A stretch of 36,389 bases of DNA from positions 1 to 36,389 of the forward strand of contig CAYJRR010000036.1 of NCBI GenBank assembly GCA_964372275.1, in the 5' to 3' direction. Origin of the DNA: an uncultured bacterium. GTDB taxonomy: Bacteria > CAYJRR01. The first letter of the stretch is position 1. Every line of letters begins with the position of its first letter. A program made the translations under genes and the position numbers. The notes under the pieces are model-generated. The model saw only the letters and a program-made list of their open reading frames with translations, was not told the origin of the DNA and made no database searches. This document shows, one piece after another, positions 10,273 through 19,625 of the stretch.

Positions 10273-11295
10273 TCAGCCGCGCGCGAACAGGCCGCGCTCC
10301 TTCTCGGTGGCGGCGGCGACGACGGCGCGCACGATCCCGTCGACGTCGACGCTGTCGGCCTCCCCTTCGAAGTTGCGCACCATCCGGTGCCGCAAGCACG
10401 GCGCGGCCCCGGCGACGACGTCGTCCGGACCGACGGCGAAGCGCCCGTCGAGAAGCGCCCGCACCCGCGCCACGCGCAGCATCGCCTGGCCGCCGCGCGG
10501 GCTGGCGCCGTATCGCACCGACCGCTTCACCGAGGCGGGGGCCTCGGGGTGCGCCGGGTGCGTCAGCTCCACGATCCGCACCGCCAGGTCGGCCGCGGCG
10601 TCGGTCACCGGCACCCGGCGCACGAAGGCCTGCATCACGCGGAGCGCCTCCGCATCCGCCACCTTCGCCGCCGACGCCTCCTCGGAAAGGTCATCGCGCA
10701 CGAGGATCGTCTTCAGCTCCGCCGCGGTCGGGTACTCCACCTCGATCTTCATCAGGAAGCGGTCGAGCTGCGCCTCCGGGAGCGGGTAGGTCCCCTCCAT
10801 CTCCACCGGGTTCTGGGTGGCGAGGACGTAGAAGGGGGCGCCCAGCGCGTGCGTCTCGTTCCCCAGCGAAACGGTGCGCTCCTGCATCGCCTCCAGCAGC
10901 GCCGACTGCGTCTTGGGGGTGGCCCGGTTCACCTCGTCGGCGAGGACCACCTGGTGGAAGATCGGCCCTTTCTTGAGCTGGAACTCGCGGCGGCCGCGGT
11001 CGTCGACCGTCACCACCTGCGTCCCGAGGATGTCGGCCGGCATCAGGTCGGGGGTGAACTGGATCCGCGCGTAGGAGAGGTCGACGGAACCGGCGAGCGC
11101 GCGGACCATCCGCGTCTTGCCGACCCCCGGCACCCCTTCGAGAAGGACGTGCCCGCCGGCGACGAGCCCCGTCACCAGGGCCCGCACCGCCTCCGTCTGG
11201 CCGACGATCGCCCGGCCGATCTCCCGTTCGATCGAACGGAACGTTTCGGAAAACCGCCGCGCTTCGTCGCGCGCCTTTTCGACTTCATCGCCCAT
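10273..11295 (-). CDS. moxR: MoxR family AAA+ ATPase
   Basis: HVLLEGVPGVGKT (Walker A), RIQFTPDLMPADILG, VLADEVNRATPKTQSALLEAMQE, ATQNPVEMEGTYPLPEAQLDRF, GASPRG. Confidence 0.95.
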   Translation of the reverse strand: MGDEVEKARDEARRFSETFRSIEREIGRAIVGQTEAVRALVTGLVAGGHVLLEGVPGVGKTRMVRALAGSVDLSYARIQFTPDLMPADILGTQVVTVDDRGRREFQLKKGPIFHQVVLADEVNRATPKTQSALLEAMQERTVSLGNETHALGAPFYVLATQNPVEMEGTYPLPEAQLDRFLMKIEVEYPTAAELKTILVRDDLSEEASAAKVADAEALRVMQAFVRRVPVTDAAADLAVRIVELTHPAHPEAPASVKRSVRYGASPRGGQAMLRVARVRALLDGRFAVGPDDVVAGAAPCLRHRMVRNFEGEADSVDVDGIVRAVVAAATEKERGLFARG

Positions 11296-12970
11296 CGAAA
11301 GACTCCTGGCCTTCGTTCTCCGCGGCGGCGGCCGCCGATCCGGCGGACAGGCTTCGGAAGTAGGACTGCACGGCCCCCCGGTACTCCGCCGGGATCTCTT
11401 CGGCGGCGGCCGCTTCGGCTTCGGCGGCCTTGGTGCTCGCGCGCACGACCTCCGCCGAGGCGGTGTCGTCGATCGCGTCCACGCCCCCGCTCATCCGCCG
11501 CACCACTTCGACGACCGCCAGCCGCCGGTCGAGCGTTCCGCCGAGGAACTGCCGGTCGCCGGAGGCCCCCGCGTCGATCGCGGCGGTCGTTCCGATCGGC
11601 GCCTCGCCGTCGCCGGCCCCTTCGCCCACCCCGGCGCCGACACCGCCGGCGGCGGTTCCGCCCGCCGCCGAGCCGCCCGCCGCGCTCGCGGTGGCGGCGC
11701 CGCCGTCGCGCGTCCGGCCGGCGTAGGCCGGTCCGCGTGTGGAGACGTCGCTCCCGGAAGCGCTGTGTCCGCCCCGGCGTTCCGCGAGTCCGGCCGGACT
11801 TTTGGGAAGGCCGCCGGTCGACGGACCGCCGCTCTTTTCGGAGAGCCGCGTCTCGAGCGCCTCCTCCAGCCCCTTCAACATCTCGGCCGCGAACTCCTTG
11901 AGGTAGGCATCGAACGACTCCTTGAGCGCGGAGGCGAGCTCCGACCCGAGGTCGGTCCGGTCCTTGAGGTAGTCGGACTTCATCTTCGCCGGATCGACCG
12001 CCGGCGCGGTGATCCCGCCTCCCGGCGCCGACCGCGGCGGCGCCATCGAAACCGATCCCGCCGACGTCCCCAGTTCGTAGCGCGCGCCGCTGGCGCTGCT
12101 TCGCGCGTTGAACTCGGCCACCAGCGCGCGAAATCCCGAAGAGGCCATCTCCTCGGTGAAGGCCCGCTGCACCTCGCGCGCGACCGATCCGTCGGCGGTC
12201 GAGGAGACCACGTGGTCGAACCAGGCACGAGCGGAAGGATCGAGGATCGTCGAGCCGCGCGGCGCGATCGGCGTGGGTGTCGGCGCGGCGGCGATCGCGC
12301 CCTGGAGCGATCTCCCGCGGACCGCGGCGGCGGGACTCTCGCGCATCGCGCGCGCGAGCTCGCGCCAGATCCACGCCGCTTCTGGAAGCGCGGCCGTCGA
12401 CTCGCCCGCCTCCCGCTCCGACGCCTCGATCGCCGCTTCGATCGACGGGCGCGTGGCGTCCGGCGCGCGGAACGGAGACCGCCACGCCCGCCCCTCGAGC
12501 GCCGCCGACGCGACCGGCGCGAGCAGCACGAGCGCCAGCGCCGACCGCAGCTCGTCCGGAACGGAGATCGGGAAGAGGTTCGGCAGACGCCGCCGGAGCG
12601 AATCGCCGGCGACGAGGGAGGACGCGTCGGCCACGGCCGCGCGCGCGAGCGGGTCGGACGAGCGCGACAGCTCGAACGCGGCGACGATCCGCCCGCGGGC
12701 TTCGAGCCGTCGATCGAGCTCGCGCGCGGCGGCGGCGCGGGTGGGGGCCCCGCGCCACGCCCCGACGCCCGCCGCGACGGCGACCACCGCGGTCAACAGC
12801 AGGCCCGCCACGCCGAGCGCCCCGTCGGACGCGCCGAACGCGACGCCGAATCGGAGCGCGATCCAGGCGAAGGCGGCGACGGCGATCGCGGCGGGAACGG
12901 CCGAAAGCGCGCCGCGGATCCGCGCCCGCCGGCGAATCCGCGTGATCGCCCTGTCCAGAGTGGCTGAAAT
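11285..12970 (-). CDS. Membrane protein heading the MoxR operon (TM helices, helical and Gly/Ala-rich region, C-terminal P-x2-YR-x2-V-x2-YF motif); start uncertain
   Basis: TM segments flank AAARELDRRL...RIVAAFEL. C-terminal EEIPAEYRGAVQSYFRSL is typical of MoxR-operon accessory proteins. Overlaps the moxR start. Best RBS (AGGAG) precedes ATT at 12970; alternative ATG at 13051. Confidence 0.7.
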   Translation of the reverse strand: MSATLDRAITRIRRRARIRGALSAVPAAIAVAAFAWIALRFGVAFGASDGALGVAGLLLTAVVAVAAGVGAWRGAPTRAAAARELDRRLEARGRIVAAFELSRSSDPLARAAVADASSLVAGDSLRRRLPNLFPISVPDELRSALALVLLAPVASAALEGRAWRSPFRAPDATRPSIEAAIEASEREAGESTAALPEAAWIWRELARAMRESPAAAVRGRSLQGAIAAAPTPTPIAPRGSTILDPSARAWFDHVVSSTADGSVAREVQRAFTEEMASSGFRALVAEFNARSSASGARYELGTSAGSVSMAPPRSAPGGGITAPAVDPAKMKSDYLKDRTDLGSELASALKESFDAYLKEFAAEMLKGLEEALETRLSEKSGGPSTGGLPKSPAGLAERRGGHSASGSDVSTRGPAYAGRTRDGGAATASAAGGSAAGGTAAGGVGAGVGEGAGDGEAPIGTTAAIDAGASGDRQFLGGTLDRRLAVVEVVRRMSGGVDAIDDTASAEVVRASTKAAEAEAAAAEEIPAEYRGAVQSYFRSLSAGSAAAAAENEGQESFDGR

Positions 12971-13013
12971 CGTCCGCTCCTGTCCCGGATTCCGCCGCAA
13001 GACCGGACAGGGG

Positions 13014-13029
13014 AGCAAACGACATGCCT
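13014..13029 (-). promoter_or_regulatory. Putative sigma54 (-24/-12) promoter of the MoxR operon
   Basis: AGGCATGTCGTTTGCT = GG-N10-GC with TTGCT. Confidence 0.55.
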
Positions 13030-13200
13030 CGGTGAAAGGCAACCGCCGCATGCCGCTCGCGGCCCCGTGTAGCGATTTCTTGGCCGGGATCGCCGCGCCC
13101 CGTGAATCGGCGGACGTCCGGCCGCGAAGGGAACGCGACCGGACCGGAATTCCGATGCGGACTCGGAGCGTTGCAGGACCCGGCGCCGATGCGTCCGGCG

Positions 13201-13216
13201 TGGCGCACCCCTTGCT
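13201..13216 (+). promoter_or_regulatory. Putative sigma54 promoter
   Basis: TGGCGCACCCCTTGCT, 24 nt before ATG 13241. Confidence 0.7.
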
Positions 13217-13240
13217 GATTCGGTCGGAAGGGGGAACGCC

Positions 13241-14587
13241 ATGAACGGTCGGGTTCGTCGCGCGGTCGTCGCCATCGCCCTTTTCGGATTCACCGCCGGA
13301 GGGGCCGCTTGCGGAGAGTCGTCGGTCGGGACCTCCTCGCGTCCGTCGGACGACGGAGCCCCCTACGCGTCGGCGCTGGCGAGCGTCACCTCCGGGCTCG
13401 CGCCGCTGACCGTCGACTTCACCGGCGTGGCGGCCGATCCCACGACCGGCGGCGACGACGGCGCGTTTTCGTTCGGGTGGACCTTCGGCGACGGCGAGGC
13501 GTCCGACCTCCAGAGCCCGACCCACGTCTACGAGCTCCCCGGCACCTACGTCGCCTCGTTCACCGTCGCAGACGACGACGGCGACAGCTCCACCAGCACC
13601 GTATCGATCTCGGTCGGATCGGCGGAGCAACCGGCGGTGACCGCCGCCGCCGACCGGACCACCGGGATCGCGCCGCTCGACGTGCAGTTCTCGGCGACCG
13701 TCGCCGGCGGCGACGCGCCGGTGCAGCTCACCTGGAGCTTCGGCGACGGCGAGTCGAGTGCGCAGGCCGCCGCCGCGCACACCTTCGGGATCCCCGGCGA
13801 CTACGGCGTCACCGTCACCGCCGTCGACGCCAACGGCGACCTCGCCGAGGCGCGGATCACGATCCAGGTGGCGGCGCCGCAGGTGGCGACCACCCCGGAC
13901 TTGCTGCTCGTCAACGCCGGCTACACCCTCGACCGCTCCGCCGACGCCTACGAACCGAACGACGCCACCCCGTTCGCCCTGGGCAATCCGTTGGACGACG
14001 AGCAGCCGATCGTGCTGACCGGGAAGATCGACCGCACCGCGGTGCAGTACCACGTCGACGTGATCAACGCCGGCGCCGCGGCCGGCGCCTTCGACGTCGA
14101 CCTCTACCCGGGGGCGGTGACGCCCCCGTCGGCGGCGACCGCCGGCGCGCAAAAGTCGGCGGTCCTCTCTCTGGCTTCGAACGGCACGCGGCGGGTCTAC
14201 TTCTTCCTCGACGACGTCACGCCGGGGATCGCGCACCGCGCCTACCTGCGCGTCGACCGGACGAACACCGTCGGCGAGATCGACGAGCAGAACAACCTCT
14301 CGGCCCCCGTCGAGCTGGTGGCGCCGGCCGACGAGGACTGGTTCTCCGTCGACCTGATTGCCGGGCAGACGCTTCGACTCGATCTCGATCAGCTCCCGTT
14401 CGACTACGACCTCGAGCTCTACACCGACGCCAAGCAGCTCCTCGCCTCTTCGCTGCGCGGCGGCACGAGCCCCGAGTCGATCGAGCGAACGGTCTCCATC
14501 ACCGCGCGGTATCGCGTCCGCGTCTTCGGCTACGCCGGCGCCCGCAGCGCCACCCAGCCCTACCGGCTCCGCGTCACCAGCCACTGA
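13241..14587 (+). CDS. Surface lipoprotein with 2 PKD domains + CARDB-like + PPC-like domains
   Basis: Lipobox GAAC. Two G.APL.V.F..W(T/S)FGDG..H.(Y/F)..PG.Y repeats. PDL..VD..N.V.E.DE.NN (CARDB). YEPND, DEDWF and DYDLELY (PPC). Confidence 0.88.
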   Translation: MNGRVRRAVVAIALFGFTAGGAACGESSVGTSSRPSDDGAPYASALASVTSGLAPLTVDFTGVAADPTTGGDDGAFSFGWTFGDGEASDLQSPTHVYELPGTYVASFTVADDDGDSSTSTVSISVGSAEQPAVTAAADRTTGIAPLDVQFSATVAGGDAPVQLTWSFGDGESSAQAAAAHTFGIPGDYGVTVTAVDANGDLAEARITIQVAAPQVATTPDLLLVNAGYTLDRSADAYEPNDATPFALGNPLDDEQPIVLTGKIDRTAVQYHVDVINAGAAAGAFDVDLYPGAVTPPSAATAGAQKSAVLSLASNGTRRVYFFLDDVTPGIAHRAYLRVDRTNTVGEIDEQNNLSAPVELVAPADEDWFSVDLIAGQTLRLDLDQLPFDYDLELYTDAKQLLASSLRGGTSPESIERTVSITARYRVRVFGYAGARSATQPYRLRVTSH

Positions 14588-14696
14588 TCGGTCTCTCCCT
14601 CGGATCCCGAACCGCGGGCGGTGGGGGTCCGGCTGGACGCGCAGGGATGCGCGTCCATGTCGGGACCGCCATTCCAACCTTTCCGAGGGAGACGCC

Positions 14697-15365
14697 ATGA
14701 GACCGATCGCCGCAGTCGTTGCGCTGTTCGCCGCCGCCCCCGCCATCGCCGCCGACCGCATGCCCGGCCATCCGCCGGTCATCACCGATCTTTCGTCGGT
14801 CGACGTCCAGCTCGCCGACTGGCCCGAGTCGTCGCGCAAGGCCGCCCGCAAGATGGTGGAGAAGTACGGAGCGCCGCAGGAGGCGACGTCCAGCCTCCTC
14901 CTCTGGCGCCAGACCGGCCCGTGGAAGCGGACGATCGTCTACAAGGAGGAGGTCGCGCACGACTTTCCGATGCCGCACGTCGACGTCATCCAGCAGTACA
15001 TCGACTTCCGGGTGCCGGTGGAGAAGTTCGACGAGCTGGCCCGCTTCGACGGCAGCGTGATCGCCGACCGCACCAAGGGTGAGATCTCCGCCCGGTGCAA
15101 CAGCGAGGAGGGGAACATCCTGGCGATCAATCTCGCCAAGGAGATCCTCGACGGGAAGCGGTCGGTCGACGGAGCCCGCACCGCGATGCACGAAGCCGTG
15201 ATGAAGCTCACCGCCGGCACCCCGCCGGCGATCGCGCAGACGTTCCAGTTCAACGTCGCCCGTGGGGGAACGGCCGACCGTGACAAGTCGGTGATGGGGG
15301 AGATGAAGAAGGTGCGCGGCGAGGAAAAGGGGAAGGAGGAGGAGAAGGAGCACCACCGCCGCTAG
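14697..15365 (+). CDS. Secreted conserved hypothetical protein
   Basis: GAGGGAG RBS and a signal peptide. WP..SRKAA..M.EKYG.P..GPWKR..H.FPMPH.D pattern resembles an uncharacterised widespread family. Strong GC3 bias. Confidence 0.8.
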   Translation: MRPIAAVVALFAAAPAIAADRMPGHPPVITDLSSVDVQLADWPESSRKAARKMVEKYGAPQEATSSLLLWRQTGPWKRTIVYKEEVAHDFPMPHVDVIQQYIDFRVPVEKFDELARFDGSVIADRTKGEISARCNSEEGNILAINLAKEILDGKRSVDGARTAMHEAVMKLTAGTPPAIAQTFQFNVARGGTADRDKSVMGEMKKVRGEEKGKEEEKEHHRR

Positions 15366-15400
15366 CGAACCGGTCCGGGCCCGCGCGCGGGCGGGCCGCA

Positions 15401-16282
15401 TCACTCCCGGCCGCGGACGGCGGCGCGCTCGAGGCGGTCCCGGACGACGGCGTGCCGCTCCGCGCCACGCTCGCCGGCGACGGCTCCGGCGCGGCGGATC
15501 GCGCGCTCGACGGCGGCGATCCGGTCCGCGGTCGACGGGTGGGTCGAGAGCCACGCGACCGCCTTCGGCCCTTGCCGCTCGGACCCCCGCAGGATCCGGA
15601 AGAAGTCGACGATCCCGCGCGGATCGTAGCCGGCGTCGGCGGTGAAGCGGACCGCCGCCTCGTCCGCCTCGCGCTCCTGCTCGCGGCTGTGCGCGAGCAG
15701 GAGCCCGGTGGCGGCGATGCGACCGGCGAGCGTCTCGAGGAGCCTGGGGTTCTTCCCCAGGGCGAGCGAGAGGATCGCCTGCAGGCCGTAGGCGTCGACC
15801 AGTTGCCGCGCGGCGTGGCGGCGCACCACGTGACCGGCTTCGTGCGCCAAGACGCCGGCGACCTGCGCCTCGTCCTCCGCCACGAGCAGCAAGCCGGAGT
15901 GCACGTAGAGGTGTCCGCCCGGGGTGGCGAAGGCGTTGACGGTCCGAGCGTCGTCGATCACGTGCACGTGCAGCGCCGCCCCCGGCCGCTCGCGCCCGGC
16001 GGGGCCGAAGACGCGCGCCGCGATCCCCTCGACGTAGCGGACGACGACCGGATCCTCGAGCGGGCGCACGCCGCGCCGCGCCAGCTCCGCCTTCACCTCC
16101 TCGCCGATCCGCGCCTCGTCGCGGTCGCTGATGACGGCCCGCGCAATCGCCGTCTCGGCGCGGGCGCGCTGTCTCGGCGTGCAGCCCGACGCGCCGGAAA
16201 GCGCCGCGGCTCCGGCGGCCACGAGGACGAGAGACAACGACCGGCGGCGGCGCCGCCCGGCGAAGGCCCGATGCGCTGGCAT
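15401..16282 (-). CDS. M48 family (BepA/YggG-like) zinc metallopeptidase, probable lipoprotein
   Basis: VNAFATPGG, AGVLAHEAGH, SREQEREAD, AGYDP and WLSTHP..RI motifs. Signal ends SGC. Start position uncertain. Confidence 0.9.
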   Translation of the reverse strand: MPAHRAFAGRRRRRSLSLVLVAAGAAALSGASGCTPRQRARAETAIARAVISDRDEARIGEEVKAELARRGVRPLEDPVVVRYVEGIAARVFGPAGRERPGAALHVHVIDDARTVNAFATPGGHLYVHSGLLLVAEDEAQVAGVLAHEAGHVVRRHAARQLVDAYGLQAILSLALGKNPRLLETLAGRIAATGLLLAHSREQEREADEAAVRFTADAGYDPRGIVDFFRILRGSERQGPKAVAWLSTHPSTADRIAAVERAIRRAGAVAGERGAERHAVVRDRLERAAVRGRE

Positions 16283-16376
16283 GGGTCACCCTTGCCGATC
16301 CGGCCGCCGGAATCGATCGCGCGCGCCTTGCGCTTCCCAACCTCCATGTCCACGCGCAGAAGCCGGGAGGTCCCGC

Positions 16377-17243
16377 GTGGCCCGATCGATCTGGGCCGGC
16401 TCGATCGGCTTCGGGCTGGTGAACATCCCGGTCCGGCTGTTCACCGCCGTCGCCCACAAGGAGGTGCGCTTCCACCTGCTCCACGGGAAGGACGGCGCGC
16501 GGATCCACCAGCGCCGCGTCTGCTCCGCCGAAGGGGAGGAGGTTCCCTGGGAGGAGACGGTGAAGGGGTACGAGATCTCGCGGAACCGCTACGTGCCGGT
16601 CACCCGCGAGGAGCTCGAGGCGCTCGACCCCCGGAAGTCCCGCACCATCGAGATCGTCGACTTCGTCGACGAAGCGCAGATCGATCCCGTCTTCTACGAG
16701 AACACCTACTACCTGATGCCCGATCGCGGCGCCGCCAAGCCCTACGCGCTGCTGCGTGAGGCGATGCGGCGCAGCGGACGGGTGGCGATCGCGCGGATGG
16801 TGCTGCGCACCCGAGAGAGCCTGTGCGCGCTTCGCGTCCGCGAAGGGGCGCTGGCGATCTCCACCCTGAACTACGCCGACGAGATCGTCGATCCGCGGTC
16901 GATCGAGCCGGTCCCCGGCGAGGAGGGGGCCCCGTCGGCGCGGGAGGTGAAGATGGCGGAGGAGCTGGTCGCATCGCTCTCCACCGAGTGGGAGCCGGCG
17001 CGCTACCGCGACGAGTACCGGGAGCGGGTGTTGGAGCTGCTGGACCGGAAGGCCGAAGGGAAGGAGATCGTCGCGCCCCCCGCGGAGGAGCCGCGCGCCG
17101 AGGTGGTGAACCTCGCCGACGCGCTCCGCAAGAGCCTCGCCGCGGCCCGCGGCCGGCCGAAGCCGGCCGCCCCGGCCCGTGGCGATCGGAGGCGTGCGCC
17201 CTCGCGGGCCGCCCACGAGTCGCGGGAGAAGCGGGGCGCGTGA
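16377..17243 (+). CDS. ku: Ku protein (NHEJ DNA end-binding)
   Basis: GGAGG RBS, GTG start. ARSIWAGSIGFGLVNIPVRL, VKGYE, TIEIVDFV, YYLMP, VVNLADALRKSL motifs. Basic C-terminal tail. Confidence 0.96.
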   Translation: MARSIWAGSIGFGLVNIPVRLFTAVAHKEVRFHLLHGKDGARIHQRRVCSAEGEEVPWEETVKGYEISRNRYVPVTREELEALDPRKSRTIEIVDFVDEAQIDPVFYENTYYLMPDRGAAKPYALLREAMRRSGRVAIARMVLRTRESLCALRVREGALAISTLNYADEIVDPRSIEPVPGEEGAPSAREVKMAEELVASLSTEWEPARYRDEYRERVLELLDRKAEGKEIVAPPAEEPRAEVVNLADALRKSLAAARGRPKPAAPARGDRRRAPSRAAHESREKRGA

Positions 17244-18139
17244 CGGTCGAGGTCGCGGTCGAGGGGCGCAGTTTGAGCCTCTCCAATCTGGACAAGGTGC
17301 TCTACCCGCTCGACCGGTTCACCAAGGCCGACGTGATCGACTACTACGTGCGGGTCTCGCCGGTCCTGCTTCCCCACCTGCGGGGGCGGCCGATCACCAC
17401 CCGAGTCTTCCCGGAAGGGGTGCGGGGACTGTCGTTCTTCGAGAAGAACTGCCCGGCGTGGCGCCCCGACTGGGTTCGGACCGAGCCGGTCTGGAGCGAA
17501 AGCGGTCGACGAACGATTTCGTTCTGCCTGATCGACGACCTGCCGACCCTGGTCTGGGCGGCGAACCTGGCGAAGCTCGAGCTGCACCCGTCGCTCTCGG
17601 TCGTTCCGCGCCTCGACCGCCCGACGGTCGTGGTCTTCGACCTCGATCCGGGCCTCCCGGCCGGTCTGGTGGAGTGTGCGCGGGTGGCGCTCCTCGTGCG
17701 CCTCACCCTCGACGGTCTCGGTCTCGCGTCGTTCCCGAAGACGACCGGCTCGAAAGGGCTCCAGGTCTACGTCCCGCTCCACACCGAGGTCGACTACGGA
17801 CGCACCAAGTCGTTCGCCCGCGCGATAGCCGTTGGGCTGGAGGCGACGGAGCCGCGGCTCGTCGTCTCGAGGATGGCCAAGTCGCTCCGCGCCGGAAAGG
17901 TGTTCGTCGACTGGAGCCAGAACGACGCGCACAAGACGACCGTCGCCGTCTATTCCCTGCGCGCGAGGGAACGCCCGACCGCCTCGACGCCGGTGACCTG
18001 GGAGGAAGTGGAGCGCTGCGCCCGCCGACGCGACCCGCGCGCGCTCGAGTTCACCGCGGCCGAGACGCTCTCCCGCGTCGAGCGCCACGGCGATCTGTTC
18101 GCCCCGGTGCTCTCCCTCCGCCAGCGCCTGCCCCGGTAG
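17240..18139 (+). CDS. ligD: Stand-alone LigD polymerase (primase-polymerase) domain
   Basis: GTGA overlap with ku. LSNLDKVLYP..FTK.D..DYY, FFEKN, ELH, VFDLDP, KTTGSKGLQV, VFVDWSQN, YSLRAR, STPVTWEE. Confidence 0.92.
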   Translation: MTVEVAVEGRSLSLSNLDKVLYPLDRFTKADVIDYYVRVSPVLLPHLRGRPITTRVFPEGVRGLSFFEKNCPAWRPDWVRTEPVWSESGRRTISFCLIDDLPTLVWAANLAKLELHPSLSVVPRLDRPTVVVFDLDPGLPAGLVECARVALLVRLTLDGLGLASFPKTTGSKGLQVYVPLHTEVDYGRTKSFARAIAVGLEATEPRLVVSRMAKSLRAGKVFVDWSQNDAHKTTVAVYSLRARERPTASTPVTWEEVERCARRRDPRALEFTAAETLSRVERHGDLFAPVLSLRQRLPR

Positions 18140-18170
18140 TCCGTGCGTTCGAGCCCGCGCGCCCGGCGCC

Positions 18171-19625
18171 TCAGCGCAGCTCCGGCAACGTCCCCTGCAC
18201 CTCTCCCAGCGCGGCGGTCGGCACCCCGACCGCGTCCATCGCCGTCGCCAGCACCTGCGCGGGATGGCGGCCGGGGGCGACGACGTGGCGGCCGGGCTTC
18301 AAGCCCCCGACGCGACCGGCGAGCAGGCAGGCCATGTTCTCGGTGGAGTGCGCGCTGAACGTCTTCCCCGACGACGGATCGCGGCCGTGGCCCCCTTCGT
18401 GGAGGAAGACGATCGCCGTACGGTGGAGCAGGTTCCCCCCCTCCTCCGGCGTGTCGCGGAGCTTCGCCACCAGGTAGGCGAAGTGTTTCATGTGCCATGC
18501 GATCCCCTTCGAGACTCCGGCCGTCCCGTGGGACGAATGGCCGATCTCGTGCAGGTCGTAGGGGATGCCGGTCAGCGGATGCATGTTCATGTGCGACTGC
18601 GCCATCGTGAACTGCAGCGACGCAACCCGCGTCGAATCGCAGACGAAGGCGTGGTGGATCAGATCACAGAAGGCGCGGGCGCGGGTCTCCTCGTCCGAGT
18701 AGCCGGCGTTCACGTCGAAACCGGAGCCTCCGTTCGAGCTCTGGCCCCCGCCGATCGGCGGGTCCTCCCCCGGGTCGACCGGCGCCTGGCAGGCGCCGCC
18801 GGCCTCGGGCGCGATCGCCTCCACCCGGCGCTCGAGATCGCGCACCTCGTCGAGGTGCCGGGAGAGCCGCGCGCGGTCGGCGCCCCCCAGCTTCGCCACC
18901 AGCCGCTCGGTGTCGGCGGCCACCCGATCGAGGACGCTCTTGCGCTGGCGCAACAGGAACGCGCGGCGCGCCGCCTCGTCCGGGTCGGGCGGGATCCAGC
19001 CGGCGGAGAGCGCCTGGAACGCCGCGCGCGGCGAGACGGTGGCCGGGATCCCCGAAAGCAGGCCGTCGGCGTTCCGCCGGTAGGAGATCATCTCCCGCCC
19101 GCTGGGGGAGCCGACGTTGAGATACCACGAGGCCTGGACGCGATAGACCAGCGACTTGAAGGTGGTGCCGCCGCCGATCGCGTCGGCGACGATCTGGTCG
19201 GAGGTCGGTCCGTTGACCGGCTTCGATCCGGATCGCACCCCCGACAGCAACGGCGAGAGCGACGCGATGTGGAACGAGTCGCTGCGGCCGCCCGCGGGGA
19301 TCGATCCGCCGTTGGCGGTCGGGATCTCCAGCCCCGAGACGACGGTGATCTCGTCCTTCACGTTGCCGTGGTTCGCCAGCGGCGCCAGCGCCGCCTTGAG
19401 GTCGTAGCCGGGTCCGACGACGTCTGGGACGTAGAGGTTGTGGACCGGGTCGTCATCGCCGCCGAGCGACTGGCCGCCGAAGCAGACGAGGAAGCGGTTC
19501 GGGGGGGACGCCGAGGCGGCACGCGCGCGTCGCACCGACCCGGTCATCGCCTCCAGGAACGGCAGGCCGAGGATCGTGCCGCCGATCCCGCGGAGGACGG
19601 CGCGACGAGGCAGCGTGAACCTCAT
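18171..19625 (-). CDS. DUF1552 domain protein (Tat-like signal)
   Basis: MRFTLPRRAVLRGIGG..LGLPFLEAM, TSDQIVA, KSVLD, LG.ADRARL..HLDEVRDLERR, AFVCDSTRVAS, YLVAKL..TPE motifs. ATGA overlap with the upstream gene. Confidence 0.9.
   Translation of the reverse strand: MRFTLPRRAVLRGIGGTILGLPFLEAMTGSVRRARAASASPPNRFLVCFGGQSLGGDDDPVHNLYVPDVVGPGYDLKAALAPLANHGNVKDEITVVSGLEIPTANGGSIPAGGRSDSFHIASLSPLLSGVRSGSKPVNGPTSDQIVADAIGGGTTFKSLVYRVQASWYLNVGSPSGREMISYRRNADGLLSGIPATVSPRAAFQALSAGWIPPDPDEAARRAFLLRQRKSVLDRVAADTERLVAKLGGADRARLSRHLDEVRDLERRVEAIAPEAGGACQAPVDPGEDPPIGGGQSSNGGSGFDVNAGYSDEETRARAFCDLIHHAFVCDSTRVASLQFTMAQSHMNMHPLTGIPYDLHEIGHSSHGTAGVSKGIAWHMKHFAYLVAKLRDTPEEGGNLLHRTAIVFLHEGGHGRDPSSGKTFSAHSTENMACLLAGRVGGLKPGRHVVAPGRHPAQVLATAMDAVGVPTAALGEVQGTLPELR

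Noticed and set aside
11285-14851. 1188-aa minus-strand ORF
   Set aside because: The portion beyond about 13050 is antisense to the PKD lipoprotein gene.
16277-16295. TGGCATGGGTCACCCTTGC upstream of ku as a sigma54 promoter
   Set aside because: GG to GC spacing is 14 nt, not the obligatory 10.
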